Part shown: one piece after another, positions 34,684 to 45,846 of the stretch
Layout of the letters: each line of letters opens with the position of its first letter
How positions within the stretch are numbered: position 1 is the first letter of the stretch
Source: a virus
Lineage: Duplodnaviria; Caudoviricetes
Length of the DNA: 63,993 nt
IMG/VR virus record: IMGVR_UViG_3300020432_000008
Span: 1-63,993 of that record
Reading direction: 5' to 3' (one strand)
The notes under the pieces: model-generated
Told to the model about the DNA's origin: nothing
Seen by the model: the letters and a program-made list of their open reading frames with translations, nothing else
The model's database searches: none
Made by a program: the position numbers and the translations under genes

Positions 34684-36308
34684 GTTGTAATTCCAACGTC
34701 AGGCCAATTAAAATCCTCTATAGTTTCTGCTTGCGATAGTTGTCTACTAGCTTTTGCATTGTTGAACCCTATTGCTTGTAGGTATCCCCATGCTTTTGTT
34801 TCATCATCATCTCTTAGTTGTCGCAAAGAATCTGCTCCATTTATATAGTGATTTATTTTGGGTGTGCTTGCATTAATAAGATTTTGCAGTTCAGTTTCTG
34901 CATCAATGATTGCAGTATCATAAGTTCCACAATCGCCTGGTATTGCACCAGCTGGAGGAGTTCCTGTGTACCCTATACCAGCACCAATAGTTGCACCCAC
35001 ACCTACAATAACTCTCTGTCCTAGAGTTGCGTGTGTAGTAACCACATCTCCATCAGAATCTCTTCTTGATATAGTAGGCCACTGAGTAGTACCAATATAA
35101 TATTCCACTCTACCAGCACCCACGGCTGGTTCTGGATCTTCAATAATTTCTCTCCACTGTGCAGTAATGTCTGGATCTCCATTATTAATCAATTCCAATC
35201 TATGTCCTTTTCCTATATTTGCACCCCTCGCTATACCTATCTCTACTGGGTCTATTGGATTCTTAGTGGATTCAAACTCTATGTTTGTTAAATCGCCAGG
35301 TCTAATAATAATGAAAGAACTACTAATACCTGTAGCATTGGGAGCAGCACTTAGGTCTGCGTAATAGTATGATGATACGACTCCGACATAGAATGATGTT
35401 CCTATATCTTTATTGATGTTGTTAGTGACCGCATTACTTAGAGTTGCAAAATCTAGAGTTACTTCTACACCTGTAGTAATACCAGCAGAGTTCACAAAAG
35501 TTACGATACCAACCGCAGTTCCAAACCCTGTAATAGTTGTTCCTGTTGGTATGATTCCAGCACCACTTCTATCTGAGGCACCATAAACTTCATCTCCAAT
35601 ACTGAAATCAGTTATGAATCCTATTCTCTGATCTCCATATATTTTATTATCACCTGATGTACAAAATCCACTCACCGCATAATTGTATTTGGCGTAGTCA
35701 GTAAGTCCAAAACCAGTTATAGATGTTCCAGCTCCTGCTTGAAATATGTAAGGATACGATAATGAGTCTGTTATAAAATCTCCTGTCTTGATACCAGAAA
35801 GTCTACCTGTAGTAAATCCAGTTAGAGTTTCTGCATCAGCATCAAATATAGGCAAAATCTTACTACCCACATTTGCATCTGCGTCGTTAATAGTCTCTAC
35901 TACATTAGATCCATACTCTCTATTCTTTGGGTATTTGTAATATTTTGGGCCATAGTATCCTAGAAATCTAAATGTAGATGGGTCTTTTACAACTTGATAT
36001 ATCTTTACTGGTTGCTTAGGATTATTGTAAATATTCATTTCCTTCTCTTCTTGTAATTGCCATGTAAGATCACTCCTACATCCATGAGATATTCTATCAA
36101 GATATGCCTTTTGTACTTGATCAATTTGATAATTGATAGGAGGCAGCAATGGTTGAATTTTCTTATCTAATTTAATAATCAAATCATCATACTCGTCAAT
36201 TATTACATCAACTAGAGCCAGTTGTTCATTAAGAACCACTGTCTCATCTTTTACTTGTTTTCTTTGTTCTCTTAATCTTTTAGCGATTAAATTTGGATCA
36301 GAGGCCAT
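34680..36308 (-). CDS. virion structural protein (putative)
   Basis: G/T/I-rich beta repeats like other cyanophage baseplate-associated proteins; downstream of gp5. Confidence 0.65.
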   Translation of the reverse strand: MASDPNLIAKRLREQRKQVKDETVVLNEQLALVDVIIDEYDDLIIKLDKKIQPLLPPINYQIDQVQKAYLDRISHGCRSDLTWQLQEEKEMNIYNNPKQPVKIYQVVKDPSTFRFLGYYGPKYYKYPKNREYGSNVVETINDADANVGSKILPIFDADAETLTGFTTGRLSGIKTGDFITDSLSYPYIFQAGAGTSITGFGLTDYAKYNYAVSGFCTSGDNKIYGDQRIGFITDFSIGDEVYGASDRSGAGIIPTGTTITGFGTAVGIVTFVNSAGITTGVEVTLDFATLSNAVTNNINKDIGTSFYVGVVSSYYYADLSAAPNATGISSSFIIIRPGDLTNIEFESTKNPIDPVEIGIARGANIGKGHRLELINNGDPDITAQWREIIEDPEPAVGAGRVEYYIGTTQWPTISRRDSDGDVVTTHATLGQRVIVGVGATIGAGIGYTGTPPAGAIPGDCGTYDTAIIDAETELQNLINASTPKINHYINGADSLRQLRDDDETKAWGYLQAIGFNNAKASRQLSQAETIEDFNWPDVGITT

Positions 36309-37168
36309 TATTCTGTAGCTCCTTCATATTCTGTTACCAGTTTCTTCACATCTTTACGTTCAGCATATACTATGTAACTGCAACGAATAGTGTGTGAATT
36401 AAAACCATGTGGGTTCACTAATATACTAATTTTATCTTTCATTTTAGCAACAGCATAACATAAACTTTGATGAGATCCAATGGGTGTTAACTGGACTGTA
36501 ATAGTATCCTCATCTACGAGATCTTTCCAGTAATCTGGTAATTCAATTTCATTTGTTCCTTGTAGAACTCCCCTTACATATACACCTATTTCAGGTCCCT
36601 CCAGACAAGAGTATCTCAACCTATGTGGGAACTCTTTACTTGGATGTGGTATATCAAAGAACTTAAATGGTGCAGCAACACTACCAAACTTACCAAAGCC
36701 TGCAGCGATAGTGGGGCATTTTATTCCACCGCCAACAGTTAGTGATCCACCTATAGTCACAACAGCAGATACATTTAAACTGGCGTTAATTGTGCATGTA
36801 CCATTCATAATAGTGAGTCCATTGTTAGTGGAGACACCATTTGTTATACTCGTAGAGTTTCTAATTGTAGGAGCAAACTTAGTACATAAGGCAAAGTAAT
36901 TATTGAGTGTAAAGAAGTTGGTTATACCTGTCCTAAAAATAGAAATACCATCAACTTGTAAAGAAGTTGGTGCTGGAATATTCATAGGAGGGCCGATCAT
37001 GACCGCAGCCTGTGGTATCCCAATGTTAGGAACTAATCCGAAGAAACATGGTCCATTAGCAGAAACTGTGCCTGGAAATACTTTTGGTACGCCTGGTAGG
37101 AAAGACGTATCTAAAGCTCCTACAACAACTTTATCACCAACATTAATTATAGAACAAGTATGTGCCAT
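36308..37168 (-). CDS. baseplate spike/fibre-associated protein
   Basis: beta-helix-like repeats then KFFDIPHP...LRYSCLEGPE...VQLTPIG domain recalled from fibre C-termini. Confidence 0.65.
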   Translation of the reverse strand: MAHTCSIINVGDKVVVGALDTSFLPGVPKVFPGTVSANGPCFFGLVPNIGIPQAAVMIGPPMNIPAPTSLQVDGISIFRTGITNFFTLNNYFALCTKFAPTIRNSTSITNGVSTNNGLTIMNGTCTINASLNVSAVVTIGGSLTVGGGIKCPTIAAGFGKFGSVAAPFKFFDIPHPSKEFPHRLRYSCLEGPEIGVYVRGVLQGTNEIELPDYWKDLVDEDTITVQLTPIGSHQSLCYAVAKMKDKISILVNPHGFNSHTIRCSYIVYAERKDVKKLVTEYEGATE

Positions 37169-37753
37169 TTAACCTAAGAAATCTTTGAATCTACTGGTGA
37201 ATGAAAGAACCATTCCCAAGAAACCACCTTGTTTTGAATCTGTTTGAGTTCCAGATGAAAGTTCCACACCTCCAGATTCATCTACAAAGTTACCACCCAT
37301 ACTCAATGTTTTCTTTCCTAAGACATTTGTGAGATTACCATCAATATCAATGATAGGAGCCTTGGTATAAATGTGTTTAGTTGCCTTTATGGTCATTTCA
37401 CCATCAGGATCATTGGTGGCATGAAGTCTTATATTTCTTGCCCTTATCTCAAGGTCTCCCGATTTTGCTTCAATTAGAATGTTACCATTTGGAGCGGAGA
37501 TTATCTTTGCAAAATCTCCTTCATCCACCTTCATTCCTACAGTTTCATAGGATGTTCCATTTGTAACTAACTTCTGTAATCCATCTTTATAAAAAGCGAT
37601 ACCTTGAATCTCGTCAGTCATTACTGAGAAATCAGTGTATTTACCTTTCAAATCTCCATCAGGAATTTTTATCCCAGAAGTAATTCTAAAGCCTGGATAG
37701 TTTGCATAGTATTCTTTAGTTTTCGGAGTTTGTTTGTCTATATTATCACTCAT
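37169..37753 (-). CDS. gp5 C-terminal-like beta-helix (spike) protein
   Basis: short beta repeats (GNILIEAKSGDLEIRARNIRLHA), immediately after gp5. Confidence 0.55.
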   Translation of the reverse strand: MSDNIDKQTPKTKEYYANYPGFRITSGIKIPDGDLKGKYTDFSVMTDEIQGIAFYKDGLQKLVTNGTSYETVGMKVDEGDFAKIISAPNGNILIEAKSGDLEIRARNIRLHATNDPDGEMTIKATKHIYTKAPIIDIDGNLTNVLGKKTLSMGGNFVDESGGVELSSGTQTDSKQGGFLGMVLSFTSRFKDFLG

Positions 37754-40700
37754 TTAGTATCCACCTCCGTAGCCTCCGCCACCCGATCCGCCAGACCCGC
37801 CGCCACCAGAAGGAGGAGTAGGAGGAGGAGGAGTGCTTGGTGGAGTTGGTGGAGGAGTTTGTTGTTGAGGTTGTTGTGGAGCTGGTGTAGTTGTCTCCGT
37901 TGTTGTTGGAGTTGTTGGAGTACTTGTTGTAGTTGAACTAGTATCACTTGTGTTAGTTTCACTTGTGACAGTGGAGTCGGAAACATCGGCTTGTGGGGTC
38001 TGAGTATTGGTTGTTCTAGGTTGAGTATAGGTTACTGGCGCTGGTTGTCCTAGACTTTCTTCCTTCGTGTTATATATTACAGCATGAGGCTCATTTATAT
38101 GAACTTTTCCTACCATTCTAACACCTGTTGATGGGTGAACGTGGAAATCACCATAGTAGGGATTACCATTGACCCAACCAACTTGTGTCTTACCTAAACC
38201 ATATACACAATCTATAACTTTAATGTAGAGATTTCCACCAGCTCTAGCAGCATCTGGTGTGGGTATTCCTGTCCTACCGCCACCGAATCCACCATCAACA
38301 TTTGGAGCAGTTCCACTATCAGAAACAAAGTCAGGGCTATAGGATATAACAGGAAGTAACTCTGCTCCTATTCCAGATCTGGTATTTATTGTGACTTCTG
38401 GTATGACTTTATGTTTATCTTGGCAATTTATATTATTGATTCCAGCGATAGATCCAGCTGGAGTTAAAACTAAATCAAATGTACATGCACCAACTTGTCC
38501 ATTGTCTCCTGACGTATATCCAATCCCAGGCCTGTATGGAATCAAAGTGGTAACAATACCAACTGCTTCGCTTCCTATCCCAGAAACTCCCTTAGTGGTA
38601 AAGTTATAAGTATCTGTTCTTCCTATACCAGCGAACTGATTATCTGCCATGTCTAAGAATGATCCTTCCGACATTGTAACAAAATAATCAGTGCCGCCTC
38701 TTAGATCGTTCTTGGGATCTATTCTGATAATTCTATCTGATAAAAATTCTATTCTATTACTCTTTACATTAATCCTTTCATGAACAACATTGGTTAGTGA
38801 TTCTGTTATGACTACCTCTCCCTTTCCTTTAACGATTGGTTCATTAAAAGTAACCGAAAGAGATACAGATGTTTCTACACCAACCGCATCATCAGCTGGA
38901 GTTGTGAATGTTATAAATGGATTTTCTTCATCAGTATCCTCTGTAACAGGATATTTTGGAGGAATTACATTCGTTGATGTACAATATCCAAATCCAGGCG
39001 ATATCATATACACATCTACAACTTTACCTTCATCATCTATGATCGCTTTCGCTCTTGCTCCACCACCATGTCTAGTCTTATCAATAATAGAGATTGTTGG
39101 TACATCAGTATAATTTCTGCCTGGTTCTATAATCTCTAGTGTTAATATACTTCCGTCTACTGAGGAAACGATAGGAATTAAAACTGCGGTCTTTGTTCCA
39201 TTACCAAGAACTTCTACTTTTGGAGGGATACACTCACTCCAAGTGAAGCCTGGTGGAACTGCCAAAGCCAAATCATCTTGATTCTGAGGATTATTAGTTT
39301 TATTATTACAATCAAAGAACTCTACAGCTCCTCCACCCATCATACTAAGAAGAGAGAATCTTGCTCTTGCATCGTAAACTCCCGAACCAGATTCATTGTC
39401 ACCTGAGAAACCAGATGTATCAGCAAACTGGTCTAATTTCTGGAATATTTCTACATTGTCTAGTACACTTTCCATGTCAGGGGATGGTAGTTTAGATTTT
39501 CCTCCAGATTGTGTCCAATCATCATACTCCTTACATGTTAATCCAGTACATGATAGGAATGATAATAACATATCAACATAACTGCTTATTTTACCAAACA
39601 AACCAGCAATCTTGCCTAATGACCCAAGTAACCAATCTAATCCTGATAGTATTGGTGCGAGCAAGTTATTAATTGTATCATATACACTTGCCAAAAGGTT
39701 TGCCACTGCCTGTTCAATAGCACAAACTGTTGGATTTATCGCTTTACCAATCATATCGATCAACATATCTTTTATCAGGTCGAACAGATCGTTGAAACCA
39801 GTATCAAACAAACAGAAAATTATGTCCAGAATCTTTTGTACAGCCTTGGAGATGAATGGCTTTTGTGGTTCTGGAATGATTAGTGCTTGTAGATTTCTGA
39901 ATTGTTTTGATATGAAATTCATGACCTTTTCTCTAATAAGGTTCATGATCTTCTTCATTGCAGCACTTATCAACCTAGCTACCTTATTAGTTAATTTCCT
40001 AATATCTTTTATTGTATTCTCTGCTACATCAATCCATTCTCCAGCAAACTCAGTCAAAGAATTGACTGTGGTTAGAAAACTACCTATCTCATGTGCTATA
40101 TCTCCTACAGCATCATCTTTACAACCATTGTTGAGTTTATGTGGGCCTGTTTGTACATTACTGAAGGTCTGATCAATTTTTCTTTCTTTACTTAATCCTT
40201 CTCCACCACCCTCTAATTCGCCCTTTTTCTCGCCGTTTGTTTCCTCACCAACTTTATTTTCAGCATTTAATTTTGTTTGACTCTCATCACTAGATTTATT
40301 TCCAATTTCTTGATTCTTACTTGCAGGCATTGTTGTCGGCCCACCTATTTTTCTACCACTAACAACCCCAAAAGCATTTGCCTCTGTACCAGAAATACTT
40401 TCAACATCTGAATTAGTAGGACCATATCCAGACTTATTGTTTTGTCTTGCTAATGCACCAAATACAACTGGGTTTTGAGCTTCCTCACCATCCATAAAGA
40501 AACCAAAAACAGTTTCTCCTCCAACCATTCTTGAACTCTCGCCATAGCAACCCTGTCCAGACCCAGAAGTTGCATCCACCAGAACATGAGCCCAAGGCAA
40601 ATCGCTCTCAGGAAGCACCTCCTCGTCAAAGGGATGGTATCCTATTATTCTAACTTTACATCTGTATGCCCATCCAGCATCCGTATCGGTGGCTTCGTTA

Positions 40701-40792
40701 CGCCAAACATCTGAATCGGCGACTCGGCCAATCCACCATACGAATCCATCTCGTCCAACAAAGTTGGTCTTTAATAGGGCACTGTCCAGCAT
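37754..40792 (-). CDS. gp5: baseplate hub protein gp5 (OB-fold N-terminus, Ig-like domain, P/T-rich tail)
   Basis: FVGRDGFVWWIGRV...RCKVRIIGYH...LPWA...VFGFFMDG. Confidence 0.88.
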   Translation of the reverse strand: MLDSALLKTNFVGRDGFVWWIGRVADSDVWRNEATDTDAGWAYRCKVRIIGYHPFDEEVLPESDLPWAHVLVDATSGSGQGCYGESSRMVGGETVFGFFMDGEEAQNPVVFGALARQNNKSGYGPTNSDVESISGTEANAFGVVSGRKIGGPTTMPASKNQEIGNKSSDESQTKLNAENKVGEETNGEKKGELEGGGEGLSKERKIDQTFSNVQTGPHKLNNGCKDDAVGDIAHEIGSFLTTVNSLTEFAGEWIDVAENTIKDIRKLTNKVARLISAAMKKIMNLIREKVMNFISKQFRNLQALIIPEPQKPFISKAVQKILDIIFCLFDTGFNDLFDLIKDMLIDMIGKAINPTVCAIEQAVANLLASVYDTINNLLAPILSGLDWLLGSLGKIAGLFGKISSYVDMLLSFLSCTGLTCKEYDDWTQSGGKSKLPSPDMESVLDNVEIFQKLDQFADTSGFSGDNESGSGVYDARARFSLLSMMGGGAVEFFDCNNKTNNPQNQDDLALAVPPGFTWSECIPPKVEVLGNGTKTAVLIPIVSSVDGSILTLEIIEPGRNYTDVPTISIIDKTRHGGGARAKAIIDDEGKVVDVYMISPGFGYCTSTNVIPPKYPVTEDTDEENPFITFTTPADDAVGVETSVSLSVTFNEPIVKGKGEVVITESLTNVVHERINVKSNRIEFLSDRIIRIDPKNDLRGGTDYFVTMSEGSFLDMADNQFAGIGRTDTYNFTTKGVSGIGSEAVGIVTTLIPYRPGIGYTSGDNGQVGACTFDLVLTPAGSIAGINNINCQDKHKVIPEVTINTRSGIGAELLPVISYSPDFVSDSGTAPNVDGGFGGGRTGIPTPDAARAGGNLYIKVIDCVYGLGKTQVGWVNGNPYYGDFHVHPSTGVRMVGKVHINEPHAVIYNTKEESLGQPAPVTYTQPRTTNTQTPQADVSDSTVTSETNTSDTSSTTTSTPTTPTTTETTTPAPQQPQQQTPPPTPPSTPPPPTPPSGGGGSGGSGGGGYGGGY

Positions 40793-41019
40793 TAGTCGTC
40801 ATACACCAAGCACTCTGGTTCGTCTGGGTGCATATCACAGAAAAGTTCCAGTGCATTAGGGTCATGGTGATCTCCCGCTGCGATCTCTTCTTTATGATGT
40901 TCTGCGTATGTTTCCAATTCCTCTAGTTCTACTTTAGCATGTCTGCGTGCTGCAGGGCTTGATAGAGGATCTTCTGCGATTTTCCTATCTTTTTCGATGT
41001 GTTTTTCTATTGATTCCAT
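40792..41019 (-). CDS. cp12: CP12 Calvin cycle inhibitor
   Basis: C-terminal LELFCDMHPDEPECLVYDD; N-terminal Cys pair absent as in phage/Prochlorococcus CP12. Confidence 0.9.
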   Translation of the reverse strand: MESIEKHIEKDRKIAEDPLSSPAARRHAKVELEELETYAEHHKEEIAAGDHHDPNALELFCDMHPDEPECLVYDD

Positions 41020-41027
41020 AGTTTCTC

Positions 41028-42419
41028 CTATTGTATTCCATATGAATCTCGTATGAGATTTAGGGATGTTGTATTTGTCCCTTCATTTAACTCAAAGTGG
41101 TGTCTTAAAGCTCTAATGAGATAAAATCCACTGAGTTCTGTGTCAGCTTCCTTACTACCTCTTCCACCTGATTCCTCAGGTCCTACAGAGGGGAAGACTA
41201 TCTTTATAACTCTACCAACCCTTAGGCTGATATTGCATGGTATAACTATATTTAGTGACTGTTGGAAGAGCAATGAATATCTAGAGAAAGATTTTGCCAT
41301 ATCGGTGCTGTCTCTCCCCGAATCCACAACTTCATCATCAACTTTTGTTAATTCTGGATCCCACATTCCTGTGTCTCCTATTCTTACCAAAACTCTTGAA
41401 GCGAATTTAGAAATATCCCCTTGTGGTATGGGAACAGTGTCGCCAGCAGTCTTTATGTTATCACCAATTTCGTCTTTTAGATTGAACAAATAAGCATCTG
41501 CTTTCCATGTTAACGGATTATAAAAGTATGTCAAGTTTCCATACATTCCAACTCTTAAATTTTTCTGTAGATTCGTAGTTTTGTCTGTGTAATGTGAAAT
41601 TATTTGCTTTTCATTCTCACTTCCATTTCTACTGATAGTGCTTGAATATGTGTATGTGTCTATGCCTAATGATTTTAATTCATCGCTATCTGTCGGATAT
41701 TCTACCTGTGTTGCATCAACCAATCGATCAACAGATCTAAAGTGAAACCCTTTGTAATCCTCATAAAATACATATCCAGCAGTTCCCTTTGCTTCACTTC
41801 CAGCAGTTCCCTTGACTCCATCTGTACTAGGAATCGCCTTGGGGCATAACCATGTAAGAGTATGGAAAGGTTTTCTATTATTTCCTATGAATCCATATGA
41901 AGTTACTGTGTCCTCAACCTCTACTATTCTATCAGGATCTACTTGAAGGACTTCCTCTAAGATAGTTTTTACATGTGTGCTGATAGGAACTCTTGGGTAT
42001 CTAACTTGACATCGAGAAGTTTCATTCTTTAAATTTTCTAAAGTAGAACACTTTAAAGTAAATATCTCCTGTCCTTCTGTCTGTGTTAGGCCTTCAATTC
42101 CAATAACATATAGAGGATTTTTATCCTCATCTCCAAAAGTTATATCACCATAAGCAGTTCCTATTACAAGATCAATTCTTTCATAACCTCTGATGGGAAC
42201 TAAACTGTATAAACCAGAAGTGTTAGATATTTTTAAATTAACTGTTATGGATGGCGATAACAGATCCTCATAATAATCAAATGCTACAACTGCTGGTGTA
42301 ATATCAAGTGCATCAGCAGTATTCTTAGATCCATCATCCGATCCACCCTTTTTGAAAACAATCTCTTGCTCAGGCGTGATTATGACTTTTTTAAATTGTG
42401 TTTTTAAAATTGATGACAT
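41028..42419 (-). CDS. baseplate hub protein (gp27-like)
   Basis: YYEDLLSP, LVPIRGYE, FYEDYKGFHFRS, SGFYLIRALRH; synteny between gp26/gp51 and gp5. Confidence 0.65.
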   Translation of the reverse strand: MSSILKTQFKKVIITPEQEIVFKKGGSDDGSKNTADALDITPAVVAFDYYEDLLSPSITVNLKISNTSGLYSLVPIRGYERIDLVIGTAYGDITFGDEDKNPLYVIGIEGLTQTEGQEIFTLKCSTLENLKNETSRCQVRYPRVPISTHVKTILEEVLQVDPDRIVEVEDTVTSYGFIGNNRKPFHTLTWLCPKAIPSTDGVKGTAGSEAKGTAGYVFYEDYKGFHFRSVDRLVDATQVEYPTDSDELKSLGIDTYTYSSTISRNGSENEKQIISHYTDKTTNLQKNLRVGMYGNLTYFYNPLTWKADAYLFNLKDEIGDNIKTAGDTVPIPQGDISKFASRVLVRIGDTGMWDPELTKVDDEVVDSGRDSTDMAKSFSRYSLLFQQSLNIVIPCNISLRVGRVIKIVFPSVGPEESGGRGSKEADTELSGFYLIRALRHHFELNEGTNTTSLNLIRDSYGIQ

Positions 42420-44191
42420 TAACTAGCACCTAAACTTTGAATTGTTAACTGAGAGATCATACCATTTGTATCTGCTGGCAAGAACATGATATCCATATCA
42501 CCAGAACCATTGGGTTTAAATGCTTGTACTGTTGGCATTTGTGGTTGTTCAACATTAGGAGGTATCATCACAATCGACTCTGATTCTCCTCCTCCCATTG
42601 GAGAATCATAATTCATATATTGTGAAGGTATTGTCATCTTATCAACGGAAGAAGTTTCAACAGATGACACATCACTCTTCGTATTTTTATCTCTTCTTTG
42701 AATAACCTTTGCAGCAGCTTCTGCCTTAGTTATACTACCATCATTATTAAGATCTAATGGTTGATTTTGTTTATATGCCTTACTACCTTCAGCATATCCC
42801 TCGATTGCACCCTTACCAAAGAGAACAAAGTCATCTGGTTTACCCACGGCAGCAGGGAATAATACACTCATGTATAGATCAGATATATCTCCACCCTCAT
42901 CACCTAAACGACCTTTCAAATTAGTTTCAAAATGTTTATCAACATATTCTAACTGTTCTGATCTAGACATTTTAGATAATTCTTCTGTGCTAGTTCCCAA
43001 TCCCTCAGCAGTCTTAGGCATGAACTGTATCAAACCAGTAGCGCCCGATCCTGTTTCTGGTGTACCATCAGGACCTATGTTCTTCTGTGCTGGATCAAAT
43101 GTCCCACCAGTTTCAAAGTCCATCATAGCAAGAATATCATTCTGTGGTATGTTATATTTCTCAGACAAATCAGCTATACCTGACATAAACTTTTCATCCC
43201 CTGCAACTTCTGGCGGTAAATCATAAGTCATTTCTGATTTAGGTTCTACCTTATCACCCATCATTGTTTCAGTTGGTGTAGCTTTAGTTAAATGAACTGG
43301 AACTGTTTTACCTTCTTCATCAACAGCACCATCTGTAAGTTGTTCTGTAATCTCCTCATCTTTCTTGTTTGCAAAAGGATTCTTTATACCCATCCATTTA
43401 GGTCCCAAATACCCATCATCTTTCTCACTTCCAATAACATCTCTAACGACATTTGCTGCATCAGAATTATTAATAAAAGATGCAACCTGTTTTGTTTTTT
43501 CTACAACAAACTCAGTAGTATCTGTTATGAAGTTCCATATTCTTTCTACTATACTAGGTCCTCCCCCAAACAACTTACCTTGTTTAGATAAAAAGATAAA
43601 CTTATCAATAGCCTCCCCAAAGGCATCAACATCCAATCCCCTTTTCTTTCTAGCAATAAATTTTCTAGGATCAGGTTTTTCCTCACCCTCACTTACTTCA
43701 CCCTCTTCACCTTCTTGTGGTTTTAGTTGTTGTGGTTCTTCTTTTTTCTTTGAGCCTATCTCAGATTCTTGTTTTGATGTGACCTTCTTACTATCATCTG
43801 CACTTTCGTTAACATTTTTCAATCCCTCATCTACCTTTGCTCTTTCTGCTTTTAGATCTTCTCTCATGGCACGTTCATCGCCACCATACTGTTGATTGAG
43901 AACATCCGTTGTTGATGCAGCTTTAGCTTTACTCAACGAACCTCCTAAAACCACAGGAAGAAGCAAAGCACTACCTAGTAAGGCTTTACTAAGTCCTCCA
44001 CTCTTCTTACCAGAACTGAAGTTTCTTGCAAACTTTCTTGCTTTCTTTAAAGTGGATTTGCCTGGAATATCGCTGGTTATACTAGTACTGGTAGTTCCCA
44101 TGAAACGAGAAAACCTTGATATGACACTCTCTGCCTTATCTACAGCACCCTGAGCTTTCTTTTTTACTGTGGCGATTGATGCTTTACTCAT
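42419..44191 (-). CDS. tail/baseplate protein with lytic transglycosylase (lysozyme-like) domain
   Basis: MDFETGGTFDP...GATGLIQFMPKTA...Y. Confidence 0.75.
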   Translation of the reverse strand: MSKASIATVKKKAQGAVDKAESVISRFSRFMGTTSTSITSDIPGKSTLKKARKFARNFSSGKKSGGLSKALLGSALLLPVVLGGSLSKAKAASTTDVLNQQYGGDERAMREDLKAERAKVDEGLKNVNESADDSKKVTSKQESEIGSKKKEEPQQLKPQEGEEGEVSEGEEKPDPRKFIARKKRGLDVDAFGEAIDKFIFLSKQGKLFGGGPSIVERIWNFITDTTEFVVEKTKQVASFINNSDAANVVRDVIGSEKDDGYLGPKWMGIKNPFANKKDEEITEQLTDGAVDEEGKTVPVHLTKATPTETMMGDKVEPKSEMTYDLPPEVAGDEKFMSGIADLSEKYNIPQNDILAMMDFETGGTFDPAQKNIGPDGTPETGSGATGLIQFMPKTAEGLGTSTEELSKMSRSEQLEYVDKHFETNLKGRLGDEGGDISDLYMSVLFPAAVGKPDDFVLFGKGAIEGYAEGSKAYKQNQPLDLNNDGSITKAEAAAKVIQRRDKNTKSDVSSVETSSVDKMTIPSQYMNYDSPMGGGESESIVMIPPNVEQPQMPTVQAFKPNGSGDMDIMFLPADTNGMISQLTIQSLGAS

Positions 44192-45846
44192 TACATTGCA
44201 TCTATTATGTTAAACACGGATCTAGAATATTGAATATGAATGTTAGTCATATCAATAGCTGGAAGAATAGGAACCACATTCTTTGTAGCATTTTGTGTTC
44301 TCTGTATAGGTGTTGATCCAGCTCTTCTTTTCTTATCCTGTGCTGGCATGGGAATTGGAAGTATGGTTCCGCCACCGCCAGTACCACCTCCAGAGGGTTG
44401 TATAGCTGGTTGAGAAATATCCTTAGATATTTCTAGTTTACTATCAGCCTCAGATGGTGCTGGTTTTGCCTCACTAAGAGGGGTTATCGCACCTGATTTA
44501 GATGTTGCATCAGTAATTGAATTGAAGGCATCCTCATATCCCTTATCGCCAGGTACATAAGTTATGTTTCCTATTGTAATTTCATTACCAGTTCCACCAA
44601 ACTTTTTATAATTTTTGATCTCTTCTTTCTTTTTTTTAAATGCTGATCTTCTTGGTGAGTCTCCTTTAGATCCCAAGGCACCTCTGTTTCCTTTATCACC
44701 AGACTCTCCCTTATCTCCCTTAAGAAATCTCATGAGACCATCTGCACTTGACCCACGTTGATCAAAATCAAACATACCCATTGTCATTTGATCCATGAAC
44801 CCAGCAGCTACTCTCTTTAATCCCTGTGGTTTTTCTTTTTCTGCAGCTGGTTCTGTTGTTGATTCTTTTCCTCCCTTGTCATCAGGTTTCTCTTCTCCAC
44901 CCTGAGTTGGAGTGATAATCATCTTACCACCCTCTTCTATCTTCAATGTGGCGTTAGGAGACCCACCCATAACCTCTTCTTGTGGTTCTACCTTAGATTC
45001 AGTTGTATCAGTAGTAGGGTCTGTTTCTTCTTTTACTTCTTCTTGTTCATCCTTTTCTGGTTCGTCATCTTTTCGCCTACGTTTCCTCTTCTCTATCATA
45101 TTAAGTTCACTTTGGAACCTTTCTATAATCTCATTGAATTTGTCTCCGTCTATCTTATCTGCACCTTGTTTTTTCTTTTGAAGTCTTCTCTTTATTGCTC
45201 CAAAGGCCTTCCCTGCAAGCATACCACCAGCAACTAGAGCACCAGCACCTAAAGCTACTCTACCACCAACTGCAGCAACACCCATCGCTGCTGGCGCTGC
45301 CTTGAAGGCCATTGCCAGTAATCCTACCTTTGCGATATTCTTTATCAAACCTTTGAAGAATCCACCACCACCTCTAGGTTTTGCCTTGGCCATCTTAGTG
45401 ATAAGATCAACAATTATACCCTTAGCTTCCTTTAAAAACTCTAAATTTCTTTGTAGAGAGTTCTTCAATCCTCCTAAACCAGATGCAAAACCCTGTAATG
45501 AATTTAATCCACCATCAAATATCTTTCCTAGAAGAGCGTTAGGATCGAATTGATTTACCTTTGATGTTACAGACTTAGCAATTTTAGGGACAAGAGACTG
45601 AACTTTGTTTGTTACAAGTCTACCTACCTTCCTTACGCCACCTTGTTTTAGATCTGGTCTTATAGGTTCTAGACTCTTAACGTTTAAGAGAGAGTTCTTT
45701 CCCTTTACCTTACTCTGTTGTAGACCTTTTATTCCACCCTTGATACCTTTTACTAAACCTTCTTTTTTCCCCTTAAAAAATTTGCCAGGGTTAATCCTCT
45801 TCGTTGCCTTCCCGACATTTTTTAAGATAGATCCAAGTTTAGCCAT
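44191..45846 (-). CDS. putative tape-measure/hub-associated protein
   Basis: basic N-terminus, Ala/Gly hydrophobic stretch, short G-X-Y run; follows gp51. Confidence 0.55.
   Translation of the reverse strand: MAKLGSILKNVGKATKRINPGKFFKGKKEGLVKGIKGGIKGLQQSKVKGKNSLLNVKSLEPIRPDLKQGGVRKVGRLVTNKVQSLVPKIAKSVTSKVNQFDPNALLGKIFDGGLNSLQGFASGLGGLKNSLQRNLEFLKEAKGIIVDLITKMAKAKPRGGGGFFKGLIKNIAKVGLLAMAFKAAPAAMGVAAVGGRVALGAGALVAGGMLAGKAFGAIKRRLQKKKQGADKIDGDKFNEIIERFQSELNMIEKRKRRRKDDEPEKDEQEEVKEETDPTTDTTESKVEPQEEVMGGSPNATLKIEEGGKMIITPTQGGEEKPDDKGGKESTTEPAAEKEKPQGLKRVAAGFMDQMTMGMFDFDQRGSSADGLMRFLKGDKGESGDKGNRGALGSKGDSPRRSAFKKKKEEIKNYKKFGGTGNEITIGNITYVPGDKGYEDAFNSITDATSKSGAITPLSEAKPAPSEADSKLEISKDISQPAIQPSGGGTGGGGTILPIPMPAQDKKRRAGSTPIQRTQNATKNVVPILPAIDMTNIHIQYSRSVFNIIDAM

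Noticed and set aside
37730-37986. Gln/Leu-rich and Arg-rich ORFs at the gp5 3' end
   Set aside because: Frame artefacts of the low-complexity Pro/Thr/Gly tail
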